Below, piece after piece: positions 1 to 10,438 of a stretch of DNA of 64,000 bases (the first letter of the stretch is position 1; each line of letters opens with the position of its first letter). Both the position numbers and the translations under genes were made by a program. Source of the stretch: a virus. The notes below the pieces were generated by a model, which made no database searches, had not been told where the DNA came from, and worked only from the letters and a program-made list of their open reading frames with translations. The stretch is taken from the IMG/VR virus record IMGVR_UViG_3300042878_001497, positions 32,001 through 96,000 of that record; one strand, given 5' to 3'.

Positions 1-993
1 AGCGTTAAGTTCAAAGAGCAGAGATGGATTCCTCTATCTAAAGCTTTCCAGGACATCACTTCGATTCCTGGCATCCCTCAAGGTCACATCACGCTTTTGC
101 GAGGTCATAGTGATACTGGAAAGACTACCGCTTTGCTAGAAGCTGCAGTAGCAGCCCAGAAGATGGGAGTACTTCCAGTATTCATTATCACGGAGATGAA
201 GTGGAGCTGGGAGCATGCCCGGGAGATGGGTCTGCAGTTCCAAGAGGTTGTTGATAAGGACACCGGAGAGATCATTGACTTCGAAGGTTTCTTCCTTTAC
301 GTAGACCGAGGCAACATCAATACTATCGAAGACGTATCAACGTTTATTCTCGATCTAATTGATGAGCAGAAGAAAGGAGAACTACCCCATAACCTTTTGT
401 TCCTGTGGGATTCAATCGGTTCGGTACCATGTGAGCTATCAGTTCGTTCTAACAAGAACAACAACGAGTGGAATGCCGGCGCTATGAGCACCCAGTTCGG
501 TAATAACGTCAACCAGAAAATCCTCCTATCTAGGAAGGAAGGTCAACCTTACACCAACACTCTAGTTGCTATCAACAAGGTTTGGACTATGAAACCCGGC
601 ATGCCGATGGAACAGCCCAAGCTTCAGAACAAGGGCGGTATGGCGATGTGGTATGATGCTACTTTGGTAATCACTTTTGGTAACATCACCAACTCCGGCA
701 CCAGCAAGATCAAGGCTATCAAAGGAGGTAAGCAGGTAGAATTTGCCAAGCGTACTAAGATCCAGGTAGATAAGAACCACATCAACGGTATCACTACCCG
801 AGGTGCGATCGTCATGACTACTCACGGCTTCTTAGAAGACGAAAAAAAAGCAATCGATAATTATAAAAAGGAACATTCCGACTACTGGCTCACGACCCTC
901 GGTTCAACCGATTTTGTGCTGGTAGAGGAAGGCAGTATGGAAGAGGACATCCGAGACATCGGAATAGAGTTCGGCCTTAACATGGAAGTGTAA
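1..993 (+). CDS. recA: RecA/UvsX-like recombinase (5'-truncated by window edge)
   Basis: Frame is open from base 1; Walker A GHSDTGKT, Walker B LFLWDSIG, C-terminal KNH motif. Confidence 0.85.
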   Translation, partial: SVKFKEQRWIPLSKAFQDITSIPGIPQGHITLLRGHSDTGKTTALLEAAVAAQKMGVLPVFIITEMKWSWEHAREMGLQFQEVVDKDTGEIIDFEGFFLYVDRGNINTIEDVSTFILDLIDEQKKGELPHNLLFLWDSIGSVPCELSVRSNKNNNEWNAGAMSTQFGNNVNQKILLSRKEGQPYTNTLVAINKVWTMKPGMPMEQPKLQNKGGMAMWYDATLVITFGNITNSGTSKIKAIKGGKQVEFAKRTKIQVDKNHINGITTRGAIVMTTHGFLEDEKKAIDNYKKEHSDYWLTTLGSTDFVLVEEGSMEEDIRDIGIEFGLNMEV

Positions 994-2012
994 TGGGTAA
1001 GTACGACGATATACTGGCTAAGATCCAGGTATCGGAACCCAGAAGACTTAATGATAACATCCTAGTTATCGACGCGATGAATACCTTTATAAGGAATTTC
1101 ACGATGATTAATCTTATGAATCCGCAAGGCTCCCATGTCGGGGGTCTTGTTGGGTTCCTTAAGAGCTTAGGATTTCTAGTTAGGACTTTTGATCCCACCC
1201 GGATTATAATTGTCTTTGACGGACCCGGCTCTACAGCCGCCCGGAAGCTAGTCAACTCAGACTATAAAGCCAACCGGAACCTTAGTCGGATCACCAACTG
1301 GGAGATGTACGACAACAAGGATCAGGAGTACGCTTCTATGTCCGCACAGATCGAGCGACTGGTCGAATACCTGCATATGCTACCGGTAGACCTGCTTGCG
1401 ATCAACAAGGTAGAGGCTGATGACGTGATTGCTTTTATAGCTAAGGAATTTAGTCAGAGCAAGGTCACGATCGTATCTTCGGATAAGGACTTCATGCAGG
1501 TTGTCAATGATAACGTCCGGGTCCACTCCCCTATAAAGAAGAAAAACTACGGACCTGCAGAGGTGCTAGAGGAGCAGGGTGTTCTCCCAAGCAATTACTT
1601 GATTGTAAAATCATTGCTAGGAGATAATTCCGATAACCTACAAGGTGTTAAGGGGCTAGGAATAAAGGGTGTCCTCAAACATTTCCCGAACCTCGCCACT
1701 ATCCCTAACACCGACCTAGACTATGTTTACGAGGTGTGTGAAGAGGGTGTGCAGAAGACTAAAATCCTTGCAAAGATCCTAGAACGTAAGCACGTAGTAG
1801 ATCAAAACTACGGACTGATGAATCTCATGGAGCCACAGTTGTCAGACACCCAGATTAGTATTATATTAGATGTCCTAGGATCGCCCTGCCAGCAGTTAAA
1901 TGCAACAGCATTTATGTTAATGCTCCAGCAAGACAACATCCAACATGGGATTACGAAAAACACAGAAAGTTGGTTAGAAACCTTCAGATACATCTTAACA
2001 GTTAAAAAGTGA
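993..2012 (+). CDS. 5'-3' exonuclease / flap endonuclease (T4 RNase H-like)
   Basis: IDAMN, VFDG, YKANR, EADDVIA, SSDKD, GDNSDN motifs. Confidence 0.92.
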   Translation: MGKYDDILAKIQVSEPRRLNDNILVIDAMNTFIRNFTMINLMNPQGSHVGGLVGFLKSLGFLVRTFDPTRIIIVFDGPGSTAARKLVNSDYKANRNLSRITNWEMYDNKDQEYASMSAQIERLVEYLHMLPVDLLAINKVEADDVIAFIAKEFSQSKVTIVSSDKDFMQVVNDNVRVHSPIKKKNYGPAEVLEEQGVLPSNYLIVKSLLGDNSDNLQGVKGLGIKGVLKHFPNLATIPNTDLDYVYEVCEEGVQKTKILAKILERKHVVDQNYGLMNLMEPQLSDTQISIILDVLGSPCQQLNATAFMLMLQQDNIQHGITKNTESWLETFRYILTVKK

Positions 2013-3373
2013 CACTACAAAAACTCAGTCAATACGGTAAAGGTTTTCAGATTAAAGTACTGGGTTCACTACTTACTGATAAAACATTCCTACTCAATGT
2101 TAGGGATACTATTATCGAAGAATACTTTGATGCTGATTCCCATAAATGGATCATCAAGAATACTTTATCGTATTTCGATAAGTACCATACTACTATCTCG
2201 CTAGATGTTCTAAGGATCGAACTTCAGAAAGTTGAAAACGATGTCCTTAAGACTGCTATCAAGGAAGAGCTTCGAAACTCTTACCAAGCCTCCCAAGAAG
2301 ACCTAAAGTACGTCCAGGAAGAGTTTAATACCTTCTGCAAAAATCAGAAGCTTAAGCAAGCACTTATGGATAGCGCCGATCTGCTTAATGCAGGTGACTA
2401 CGACTCTATCCGAGGAATGATTGAGGCTGCTTTAAAAGCAGGTATGGATAAAAATATCGGTCATGAGTACCTTAAGGATATCGAGAGCCGATACCGAGAA
2501 GACTACCGACCGACTGTCTCCACCCCCTGGGCTACCATCAACCAAGCCATACAAGGGGGGTGGGGACCCGGAGACCTCGCTATCATCTTCGGTAACCCGG
2601 GTGGCGGTAAATCTTGGATGATGGTTGCTGCTGGTGCTCATGCAGTCCAGCAAGGCTTCAACGTCGTCTACTATACCCTAGAGCTAGGAGAAGACTATGT
2701 AGGTAAGAGGTTTGACTGCTACTTCACCGGCTACAGTATCGACGAAGTCAATAAGCATAGACCCGAAGTAGAGAAGATCGTTAATGGCTTGAAAGGAAAG
2801 CTTATAGTTAAGGAGTATGCTCCTAAAGCAGCTACCGTTACTACTATCAAGTCCCATCTTCAGAAATGTACTGATATGGGTCATAAGCCTGATCTAGTGA
2901 TAATCGACTACGTTGACTATCTCCGAGCTCCCTCCCGGAAGTACGCTGAACGTAAAGACGAAATCGATGACGTATTTGTTGCCGTAAAAGGGTTGGCTAA
3001 GGAGCTAAAAATTCCTATCTTAACACCATCACAGGTTAACAGAATGGGTGCTAAAGACGACGTTATTGAAGGCGATAAGGCTGCCGGATCTTACGACAAG
3101 ATGATGGTTGCAGATATTGCAATCTCGCTTTCACGTAAGAAAGAGGATAAGGTCAACGGTACCGGCCGGGTACATATCATGAAAAACCGCTACGGTATGG
3201 ATGGTATGACTTACGGTGCTAAGGTCAACACCAATAACGGACACATCGACATCTCAGAAGATATACATCTCGAAGAAATGCCAACTGCCGCACCTACCTC
3301 AGTTAGCGGAGTTGATACCCTGGACCGTAAACTTTTAGCAAATAAATTTTTCGAACTACAGGCAAAAATATAG
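2009..3373 (+). CDS. dnaB: DnaB-like replicative helicase
   Basis: GNPGGGKS Walker A, TLEL, IIDYVDYL, SQVNR, KNRYG. Confidence 0.92.
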   Translation: MTLQKLSQYGKGFQIKVLGSLLTDKTFLLNVRDTIIEEYFDADSHKWIIKNTLSYFDKYHTTISLDVLRIELQKVENDVLKTAIKEELRNSYQASQEDLKYVQEEFNTFCKNQKLKQALMDSADLLNAGDYDSIRGMIEAALKAGMDKNIGHEYLKDIESRYREDYRPTVSTPWATINQAIQGGWGPGDLAIIFGNPGGGKSWMMVAAGAHAVQQGFNVVYYTLELGEDYVGKRFDCYFTGYSIDEVNKHRPEVEKIVNGLKGKLIVKEYAPKAATVTTIKSHLQKCTDMGHKPDLVIIDYVDYLRAPSRKYAERKDEIDDVFVAVKGLAKELKIPILTPSQVNRMGAKDDVIEGDKAAGSYDKMMVADIAISLSRKKEDKVNGTGRVHIMKNRYGMDGMTYGAKVNTNNGHIDISEDIHLEEMPTAAPTSVSGVDTLDRKLLANKFFELQAKI

Positions 3374-3458
3374 CCCCGAGCCGTATTTATAACACACGGC
3401 CCGAGGGATGAACCCCGAGGGCTGTTTTTGTCTAACCATCTATCAAATATATAAAGAT

Positions 3459-4442
3459 ATGAGCATCCTTCAAGAGCGTATCGTCTACAAACCCTTCGAA
3501 TATCCCCAGGCCTACGAGTACTGGTTAAAGCAACAGCAAGCCCACTGGCTGCACACCGAAGTACCCATTGCCAACGATATCACTGACTGGAAGTCAAACT
3601 TAAAGGATCACGAAAAGAATGTAATAGGAGGAATCCTAAAAGGCTTCGCCCAGACCGAGACTGTGGTAAACGATTACTGGACCGGACTTGTTACTAAGTG
3701 GTTCCGCAAGCCCGAGATCATTATGATGGCAACTACGTTCGGATCATTCGAAACTATCCATGCCGAGGCTTACTCTCTATTAAACGAGGAGTTAGGTTTA
3801 GATAACTTTGCCGAATTTATGGAGGACGAAGCTACTAAGAATAAGATCGAATCGCTAATGAAAGTTCGTGATGGTCACAACGGAGCTATCGACTATACCG
3901 AAGTTGCAAGATCTTTAGCCATCTTCTCAGCATTCACCGAAGGAGTAAATCTATTCAGCTCTTTCGCCGTACTGCTTTCTTTTAAGATGAGAAACAAGCT
4001 AAAGGGTGTTGGTCAGATCGTTGAATGGTCAGTACGTGATGAATCTCTTCATTCGGAAGCCGGGTGCTGGTTATTCCGTCAGCTGATCAAAGAGCATCCT
4101 GAGCTTAAGACTCCGGAGCTTGTTAGCGAGATCGAAAAAGCTGCTTTGATGGCTTTGGATCTAGAGTTTAAGTTTATCGATAAGATCTTTGAGATGGGTG
4201 ATCTAGAGAACTTAAGCAAAGACGAGCTTAAGAACTTCATCAAGCACCGGGTAAATACCAAGATGGGTGACCTGGGATTAAAGCCTCTTATTCCTTCTTC
4301 AGAGATTGACAAGGGAGCACTGAAGACTATGAAGTGGTTTGATATGGTTATCGCCGGCAAGCAGCACACAGACTTCTTTGCTAGCAGAGTAACAAACTAC
4401 TCAAAAGGTCATATGGAGTGGGATTCAAGCTCTATCTTCTAA
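3459..4442 (+). CDS. nrdB: Ribonucleotide reductase class I beta subunit
   Basis: ETIHAEAYS, EGVNLFSSF, RDESLH di-iron motifs; C-terminal DFF..RVTNYSK; start taken at ATG 3459. Confidence 0.95.
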   Translation: MSILQERIVYKPFEYPQAYEYWLKQQQAHWLHTEVPIANDITDWKSNLKDHEKNVIGGILKGFAQTETVVNDYWTGLVTKWFRKPEIIMMATTFGSFETIHAEAYSLLNEELGLDNFAEFMEDEATKNKIESLMKVRDGHNGAIDYTEVARSLAIFSAFTEGVNLFSSFAVLLSFKMRNKLKGVGQIVEWSVRDESLHSEAGCWLFRQLIKEHPELKTPELVSEIEKAALMALDLEFKFIDKIFEMGDLENLSKDELKNFIKHRVNTKMGDLGLKPLIPSSEIDKGALKTMKWFDMVIAGKQHTDFFASRVTNYSKGHMEWDSSSIF

Positions 4443-4443
4443 G

Positions 4444-4965
4444 ATGGCTTCTCACAGTACTTTATTAGTTCCTTTAATTAAGGAGATGCTTGTCAAAGAA
4501 ATTGGAGAAGCAAACATTCAACCTCTGAAGTGGACTCAAGTAGCCCTAACTAGGTACAAATTCCTAGTAGATGTAGGTGACTTTACTGAAGTAGTAACGG
4601 TAGATTTCGACAAACTTATAGAACCCGAGACTAAACAGTTTTACCTACCTCAGAAATACAGAGACCTAGAAGATGTATACAACGTAGGATATGCTGTATC
4701 GGGAACTGAACTTCAACTAGCTAAATCTGATTTAAAGACTTTACTTACAATCTTATCAACAGTTGTAGATATCGTAAAGGACTTTCTAGATAAGAACGAT
4801 GTAGACGGGTTATACATAAGAGGTACAGCTAAGGATACAGACAGTAAAGATACTTCTCAAAAATCTAACCTGTATCAAGCTTTTATCAAAAAACAGTTGC
4901 AACAGATTATCGATTTCGGGTTTGATACTTACAGAAACGGTTTTATATTAGTTAAAAGAAAATAA
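4444..4965 (+). CDS. Hypothetical protein between nrdB and nrdA
   Basis: 173-aa ORF tightly packed between RNR genes; no recognisable motif. Confidence 0.7.
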   Translation: MASHSTLLVPLIKEMLVKEIGEANIQPLKWTQVALTRYKFLVDVGDFTEVVTVDFDKLIEPETKQFYLPQKYRDLEDVYNVGYAVSGTELQLAKSDLKTLLTILSTVVDIVKDFLDKNDVDGLYIRGTAKDTDSKDTSQKSNLYQAFIKKQLQQIIDFGFDTYRNGFILVKRK

Positions 4966-4966
4966 G

Positions 4967-6682
4967 ATGAATAATAGCATTTACGTAGACTCCTCTCAGT
5001 GGGAGGCAGGGAAGGATTTTCCCGAATGGATGAACGATATGTCTCTAGCAACTATCTCGAAAGGATACTTGCTGCCAGGCGAAACCCCGAAGAAAGCCTA
5101 CCAGCGTGTTGCTAACGCTGTAGCGGCTAGACTTAAGAGACCGGACCTAGCTCCGAAGTTCTTTAAATATATGTGGAAGGGATGGTTAAATCTAGCTTCT
5201 CCCGTGCTTTCAAACACAGGAACAGAAAGAGGTCTACCTATCTCATGCTTTGGTATCGATACACCCGATAGCATTAGAGGAATCGGGCTTACAAATGCAG
5301 AGCTAATGCGACTCTCCTCACTGGGTGGTGGTGTAGGTATCGGATTATCTCGTGTTAGAGAAAGAGGAACACCTATCACCGGCAACGGCTACTCAGAAGG
5401 AATCGTGCCCTGGGCTAAAATCTACGATTCAACTATTATCGCCACTAACCAAGGAGCCGTTCGCAGAGGAGCTGCTTCGGTAAACCTAGACATTAATCAT
5501 GGAGATATTAAAGAATTCCTCCAAATTAGGAGACCTAAAGGAGATCCCAACCGTCAATGTCTCAACCTACATCAATGCGTGGTTGTCGATGACGAGTTTA
5601 TGCGCAAACTTGAAAGACGAAACCCAGAAGCAGTCGAACTCTGGGTCGAAATCCTTAAGTCAAGAGTAGAGACGGGAGAACCTTATATCATGTTTAAGGA
5701 TAATGTCAACAACGACAATCCTACAGCCTACGTTAAGAACAACTTAGAGGTATCGATGACTAACATCTGTACCGAAATTACTCTTCATACCGATGAAGAA
5801 CACTCGTTTATCTGCTGCTTATCTTCGGTAAACCTAGCCAAGTACGAGGAATGGAAAGATACAGACTTGATTGAGACTGCAATCTACTTCCTGGACGGAG
5901 TAATGGAAGAGTTTCTTCACAAGACCGACGGAAAGGATTCGCTGATCCGTTCACATCGTTCAGCTAAGAAAGGACGTGCAATCGGACTAGGGGTACTAGG
6001 CTGGCATACTTTCTTACAGCAAAAAGGCTTACCATTCAACTCAATCGCTTCAACGGGCTGGACCAATACAATCTTCTCACAAATCAGAACTCAGGCCGAA
6101 GCAGCTTCGAGAAAATTAGCCATCGAATATGGAGAACCCGAATGGTGCAAAGGCACGGGAATGCGCAACACGCACCTGCTTGCGATTGCGCCGACTGTTT
6201 CTAATAGTACTATTTCCGGAGGTGTATCTGCTGGTATTGAGCCGATACCTGCCAACATTTATACGTTCAACAGCGGCAAGGGTACGTTCATTCGTAAGAA
6301 CCCGGTGCTGGAAGCGTACCTAGAGGAGAGAGGTCACAACACCGAAGAGGTATGGGATCAGATTATCAGAGATAGAGGTTCTGTAGCAGGTCTACCGGAC
6401 GATATTATTTCAGCTTACGATAAGGAGATCTTCTATACTTTTACCGAGATCAATCAGCTAGCATTAGTAGAGCAGGCTGCTATCCGTCAGAAGTATATTG
6501 ACCAGACTCAATCACTGAATCTGTCATTCGATCCTACCGATTCTCCTAAGTTTATTAACCTGGTACACCAGACAGCTTGGAAGCTTGGCATCAAGACTCT
6601 TTACTACCTACGTACCGACTCAGTTATTAACGGGGATATTGGTAGCCGTACTTCAGAAGATTGCCTTTCTTGTGACGGCTAG
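4967..6682 (+). CDS. nrdA: Ribonucleotide reductase class I alpha subunit (short, no obvious ATP cone)
   Basis: SPVLSN, ISCF, NICTEI, CCLSSVN, APTVSNS, KTLYY, C-terminal CLSC. Confidence 0.95.
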   Translation: MNNSIYVDSSQWEAGKDFPEWMNDMSLATISKGYLLPGETPKKAYQRVANAVAARLKRPDLAPKFFKYMWKGWLNLASPVLSNTGTERGLPISCFGIDTPDSIRGIGLTNAELMRLSSLGGGVGIGLSRVRERGTPITGNGYSEGIVPWAKIYDSTIIATNQGAVRRGAASVNLDINHGDIKEFLQIRRPKGDPNRQCLNLHQCVVVDDEFMRKLERRNPEAVELWVEILKSRVETGEPYIMFKDNVNNDNPTAYVKNNLEVSMTNICTEITLHTDEEHSFICCLSSVNLAKYEEWKDTDLIETAIYFLDGVMEEFLHKTDGKDSLIRSHRSAKKGRAIGLGVLGWHTFLQQKGLPFNSIASTGWTNTIFSQIRTQAEAASRKLAIEYGEPEWCKGTGMRNTHLLAIAPTVSNSTISGGVSAGIEPIPANIYTFNSGKGTFIRKNPVLEAYLEERGHNTEEVWDQIIRDRGSVAGLPDDIISAYDKEIFYTFTEINQLALVEQAAIRQKYIDQTQSLNLSFDPTDSPKFINLVHQTAWKLGIKTLYYLRTDSVINGDIGSRTSEDCLSCDG

Positions 6683-6706
6683 TCTATTTATAATAAATCT
6701 TTTCGT

Positions 6707-7075
6707 ATGAAATTAAGCGATATCATCCTAACAGAAGGAGTTAACCCTAGGGAATTAGACAAGTACATCGAAGAACTTGTAGAACTCCTTAAAGACGGTA
6801 AAGAAGTTCAAGTACCGGCCCCAGGCGGTTCCGTAAACGTCTTGAAGCAAGATAGAGTGCTACGAATGTTTCTATTCGATAGAATTAATACTTATGTAAA
6901 AGAAAAAGGCGATGCCCTTGCAGGTATTGAAGGAATCAAAACAGATTCTATGACAAAAGCACCTTACCTCGCTTTTAAACTTTCAGATAAAGAATTAGAA
7001 GCTCGAAAAGATCGCGATCAGGGAATGCGAGATTACATAGCCGGCGAACGAGAAGCCGGACGCTCAATAGATTAA
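6707..7075 (+). CDS. Hypothetical protein
   Basis: 122-aa ORF downstream of a TATTTATA motif and followed by a terminator. Confidence 0.7.
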   Translation: MKLSDIILTEGVNPRELDKYIEELVELLKDGKEVQVPAPGGSVNVLKQDRVLRMFLFDRINTYVKEKGDALAGIEGIKTDSMTKAPYLAFKLSDKELEARKDRDQGMRDYIAGEREAGRSID

Positions 7076-7080
7076 AAGAG

Positions 7081-7103
7081 AAGGGCCTTGCGGCCCTTTT
7101 TTT
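7081..7103 (+). terminator. Intrinsic terminator (probably bidirectional)
   Basis: AAGGGCC-TTGC-GGCCCTT followed by T run, between convergent ORFs. Confidence 0.85.
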
Positions 7104-7311
7104 ATTTCTGTTTATTCTGATCATTTAAAGCTACCATTTGAGCATATTGCTCTCTGGTAAGCTCCCTGGAAGTTACAATCACCACTTTATCATCATAGAT
7201 GTAGGCGACACGGGTATGGCTTGGCTTTTGAGTGCCAACTGAGACTGCTCGTGGGGTTGAACATGACACCATCAAGGTCAACCCTGAAAGGAAAAGGAGT
7301 ACTTTTTTCAT
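7102..7311 (-). CDS. Small lipoprotein
   Basis: MKK, hydrophobic core, lipobox-like MVSC; only convincing minus-strand gene. Confidence 0.65.
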   Translation of the reverse strand: MKKVLLFLSGLTLMVSCSTPRAVSVGTQKPSHTRVAYIYDDKVVIVTSRELTREQYAQMVALNDQNKQK

Positions 7312-7412
7312 GGGTCTTAATATTATATTAATATATAGTTAAACTTCTCTTAAACTTGGAGAAGTTGTATATTAAGTTTTTTCTTCTTATCTTTATCGAA
7401 ATAAAAATGGTT

Positions 7413-7607
7413 ATGACTAGAAAAGAACTTTTAGAGTACACCCGATCTGAAAAGCTTGATAAGCTCTTCATACTGGCAAGTCAAATGGATACTCTCGCTT
7501 TTAAGAGTGTTGAACAGCTTGAGAGCCTGATAGCTCAAAAGGCTGAACTAGAGCGAGAACTCGGTCGATTGGACGAGCGTCTGGCTAAGTTAAACGAAGA
7601 AAAATAA
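7413..7607 (+). CDS. Hypothetical coiled-coil protein
   Basis: ATG downstream of promoter motif 7365-7395. Confidence 0.6.
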   Translation: MTRKELLEYTRSEKLDKLFILASQMDTLAFKSVEQLESLIAQKAELERELGRLDERLAKLNEEK

Positions 7608-7609
7608 TC

Positions 7610-8167
7610 ATGTTTTACATCTACGACAAAAACCAACTTCAGTTTAAGAAACTGCTGCGTACTAAAGTAGGCGTTACTTTAGGAATGATACTGGGATTAT
7701 CTCTAGCAATCTCATACGGCATCGGACGATTTACTTGGATTAATAATTTGTCCGAATACGAGAAGAACATTCTTCTTATTAATATGAAACAAACTCCCTT
7801 CACTGAGGACGAACTAGTTGCTCTCATGAAGGATTTAGGAATTAAGTTTCCTCACATTGTACTGGCTCAATCCAAGCTTGAGACCAATAACTTCCAGTCG
7901 GGTATCTTCCGGGAGAATCACAACCTGTTCGGAATGAAAGAAGCTCGGGCTCGAATCAGTACTGCCCGCGGTACCAACCGCAATCATGCTTACTACGACA
8001 CTTGGGAGAGTTCGGTCTACGACTATGCTTTCTACCAATGCCGATACCTAAGTGCTATTGGAACAGAAGCTCAGTACTACAGCTACCTGTCCGGCAGCTA
8101 TGCCGAAGATCCTCACTACGTAGCTAAAGTAAGAAAGTTAGCTGAAAAGTTGAAAGAGAAGTTTTAA
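7610..8167 (+). CDS. Membrane-anchored glucosaminidase (GH73/FlgJ-like peptidoglycan hydrolase)
   Basis: TM helix, then AQSKLET, NLFGMK, YAEDPHY. Confidence 0.85.
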   Translation: MFYIYDKNQLQFKKLLRTKVGVTLGMILGLSLAISYGIGRFTWINNLSEYEKNILLINMKQTPFTEDELVALMKDLGIKFPHIVLAQSKLETNNFQSGIFRENHNLFGMKEARARISTARGTNRNHAYYDTWESSVYDYAFYQCRYLSAIGTEAQYYSYLSGSYAEDPHYVAKVRKLAEKLKEKF

Positions 8168-8198
8168 GTTCGTATCTTTATAAAGTTAAATCAAGGTT

Positions 8199-8615
8199 AT
8201 GCAACATAAATTAAAACGTTTTACCCAGCGAGTAGGCATCGGCCTATTCCGTTTGATAGACCCTTCTAAGTACCAGGCTCCTAAGAATGAGTACGAGGTA
8301 GAAGCTCTAGCAATTTGCAAGCGACTAGCTTGTAGAAAGTCCAGTACTTTACTAATGTCTCCGATTTCAGGCAAGCGCTACATCCGCAGTAAGGATAATC
8401 AGATCCACGTTATTATCGAAGGACATTTGATTACTATCGTAAATCACTCCTATAGTTACGTTATCCCGGTAGAGGGTAAATCTCATGAACGTCTTATCCG
8501 GATGTTTGATATGGAGGTAGAGGCTCGCCGCAATGTAATGGAAGCTGAAATTCGAGCTAACATCAAACACTCACTGTCTAATATTTACCAGGCCCTGATC
8601 AATGAACAAGTTTAA
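8199..8615 (+). CDS. Hypothetical protein
   Basis: 138-aa ORF after promoter motif 8150-8180. Confidence 0.65.
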   Translation: MQHKLKRFTQRVGIGLFRLIDPSKYQAPKNEYEVEALAICKRLACRKSSTLLMSPISGKRYIRSKDNQIHVIIEGHLITIVNHSYSYVIPVEGKSHERLIRMFDMEVEARRNVMEAEIRANIKHSLSNIYQALINEQV

Positions 8616-8910
8616 ACGTTTACAACTGACCGGTACTTTGGTACTAGCCTCACCGGCTATCTTAGTATCCTTAGCAGTGATGGCTTTTTACTTTCCTAGC
8701 TATCCTCAAGAAGATCTTGCAGAATCTATCGAAGCATCAGCTCCAGAGGCTGTTAAAGCAGATACCGTGATCGTAGTTAAGGAAGTAGAGAAAGTAGCAC
8801 CACCGGCCCCGGTAGTCAAGAAACCGGTTGCAGTTCCACCGCCTCCTCCTCCTCCAGTCGTCAAAGACACGGTAAAGAAAGTTACCGCAGAGTTGGATAC
8901 AGCTAAATAA
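8602..8910 (+). CDS. Membrane-anchored Pro-rich protein
   Basis: N-terminal TM segment, poly-Pro tract. Confidence 0.6.
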   Translation: MNKFKRLQLTGTLVLASPAILVSLAVMAFYFPSYPQEDLAESIEASAPEAVKADTVIVVKEVEKVAPPAPVVKKPVAVPPPPPPPVVKDTVKKVTAELDTAK

Positions 8911-9015
8911 GTTTATATCTTTAAGTATTATTAAAAAAAAATATGTTTGCACTAGGAATAATCGTAATTGTACTTCTACTAGCTATTTTAGGGAAGATGC
9001 CTAAGACTAAGTAAA

Positions 9016-9702
9016 ATGAAAATCACATTCATCAGCGACACTCACACTAAACACAGGGAAATCAATAAAGATCTTCCTGGTGGTGACTTGATCATTCACG
9101 CTGGTGATTTTATGAATTCAGGTTATGAGTCACAAGACGTAGCTGATTTTGTTAACTGGTATAGTTCATTGCTTACAATGGATTACAAACACCGAGTGTT
9201 TATTGCTGGTAATCACGATCGAATGTTTGAAGATTATCCTAATTTAGCTAAAGAGTTGATGGATGCCTACAGTGGTGGATTGATTTACTTAAAAGATCAA
9301 ACTCACGTTATTGATGGGGTAAAAATTTATGGTTCACCTTGGCAACCAGAATTTTGCGATTGGGCTTTTAATTTACCTCGTAATGGTGTTGAATTGCAAG
9401 AAAAATGGAATGCAATTCCAAACGACACTGATATTTTAATAACTCATGGTCCTCCATTTGGACATTGTGATGTTACCCCTTCGGGTAACCTAAATGTAGG
9501 CTGTGAGTTACTCAGGGTTCGAGTAGATGAAATCAAACCTAAAATTCACGTGTTTGGACATATCCATTCAGGTTATGGTTACAAATTCCATAATGATACC
9601 CACTTTATCAACGCTGCTGTGTTAAATGAGCGTTACAAATACGCAAATAAACCTGTTACTATTGACTGGGATCCTGAAACAAACGAATTAGAATTTATTT
9701 AG
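9016..9702 (+). CDS. Calcineurin-like metallophosphoesterase
   Basis: SDTH, AGD, GNHD, THGPP, GHIH motifs. Confidence 0.92.
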   Translation: MKITFISDTHTKHREINKDLPGGDLIIHAGDFMNSGYESQDVADFVNWYSSLLTMDYKHRVFIAGNHDRMFEDYPNLAKELMDAYSGGLIYLKDQTHVIDGVKIYGSPWQPEFCDWAFNLPRNGVELQEKWNAIPNDTDILITHGPPFGHCDVTPSGNLNVGCELLRVRVDEIKPKIHVFGHIHSGYGYKFHNDTHFINAAVLNERYKYANKPVTIDWDPETNELEFI

Positions 9703-9704
9703 TT

Positions 9705-10289
9705 ATGAGTCAATTTGAATTTTTAAAAATACTTAACTCCCCGTTTAAGATACCTCGAGTTAAGTTTTATATTGGTAAGGTAGCTATTGGTACACCATAT
9801 TTTCATCCACGCAAATTGGTTAAACCAACCCCTAAAATGGCTATGGATGAAGCTATAAGGGAATTAGCACGTAGGGAGAAGTGGAATAACGCAAATCCCG
9901 ATGTTCAATTTAAACAAGATATCAAACCACTTGATGAAATGTATAAAGAAAAACTACGTTACCGATTCCCAGTTCCTAAAAAGATTGGATTTGATTTCGT
10001 AGGATTGGGCTATAAAACTAAATGGAGTGAAACCGATTACAGACACGAATGGAATCCTATTTGGTCTTTTGTATTTTTTAAATACCAAATTGCTCTAGTA
10101 TTTACTTCTCCAGAACGTGAGTGTGTCTCTCAATACTGGGAGGCTTGGTTGTACTATCAGTACCATACTAAAGGAAGTAAGCAAGAACGTATTAAACAGT
10201 GTAAGAAAGATTACCCCCAAAAATATACTATCAATAACATTGATGGTGGTATTAAAAAGGTTGATTACTATGATATTATTTTAAAATAA
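9705..10289 (+). CDS. Hypothetical protein
   Basis: 194-aa ORF in operon arrangement. Confidence 0.7.
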   Translation: MSQFEFLKILNSPFKIPRVKFYIGKVAIGTPYFHPRKLVKPTPKMAMDEAIRELARREKWNNANPDVQFKQDIKPLDEMYKEKLRYRFPVPKKIGFDFVGLGYKTKWSETDYRHEWNPIWSFVFFKYQIALVFTSPERECVSQYWEAWLYYQYHTKGSKQERIKQCKKDYPQKYTINNIDGGIKKVDYYDIILK

Positions 10290-10291
10290 AA

Positions 10292-10438
10292 ATGCCTAAA
10301 TATCTTAAAACCGCATTTGTGAGAGAACTAGAACAACAGGTTAGAAGAGGTGAACTTTCACACACCCGAATGCTTGACTTAATCCAAGATGAGGTAATTA
10401 AAAATTATACCGAAACCTTTAACACCAACGAGAAATGA
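10292..10438 (+). CDS. Small hypothetical protein ending ETFNTNEK
   Basis: 48-aa ORF read manually; ATGA overlap with next gene. Confidence 0.55.
   Translation: MPKYLKTAFVRELEQQVRRGELSHTRMLDLIQDEVIKNYTETFNTNEK

Noticed and set aside
4444-4965. Homing endonuclease or intron between nrdB and nrdA
   Set aside because: No HNH, GIY-YIG or LAGLIDADG motif seen; both nrd genes are intact
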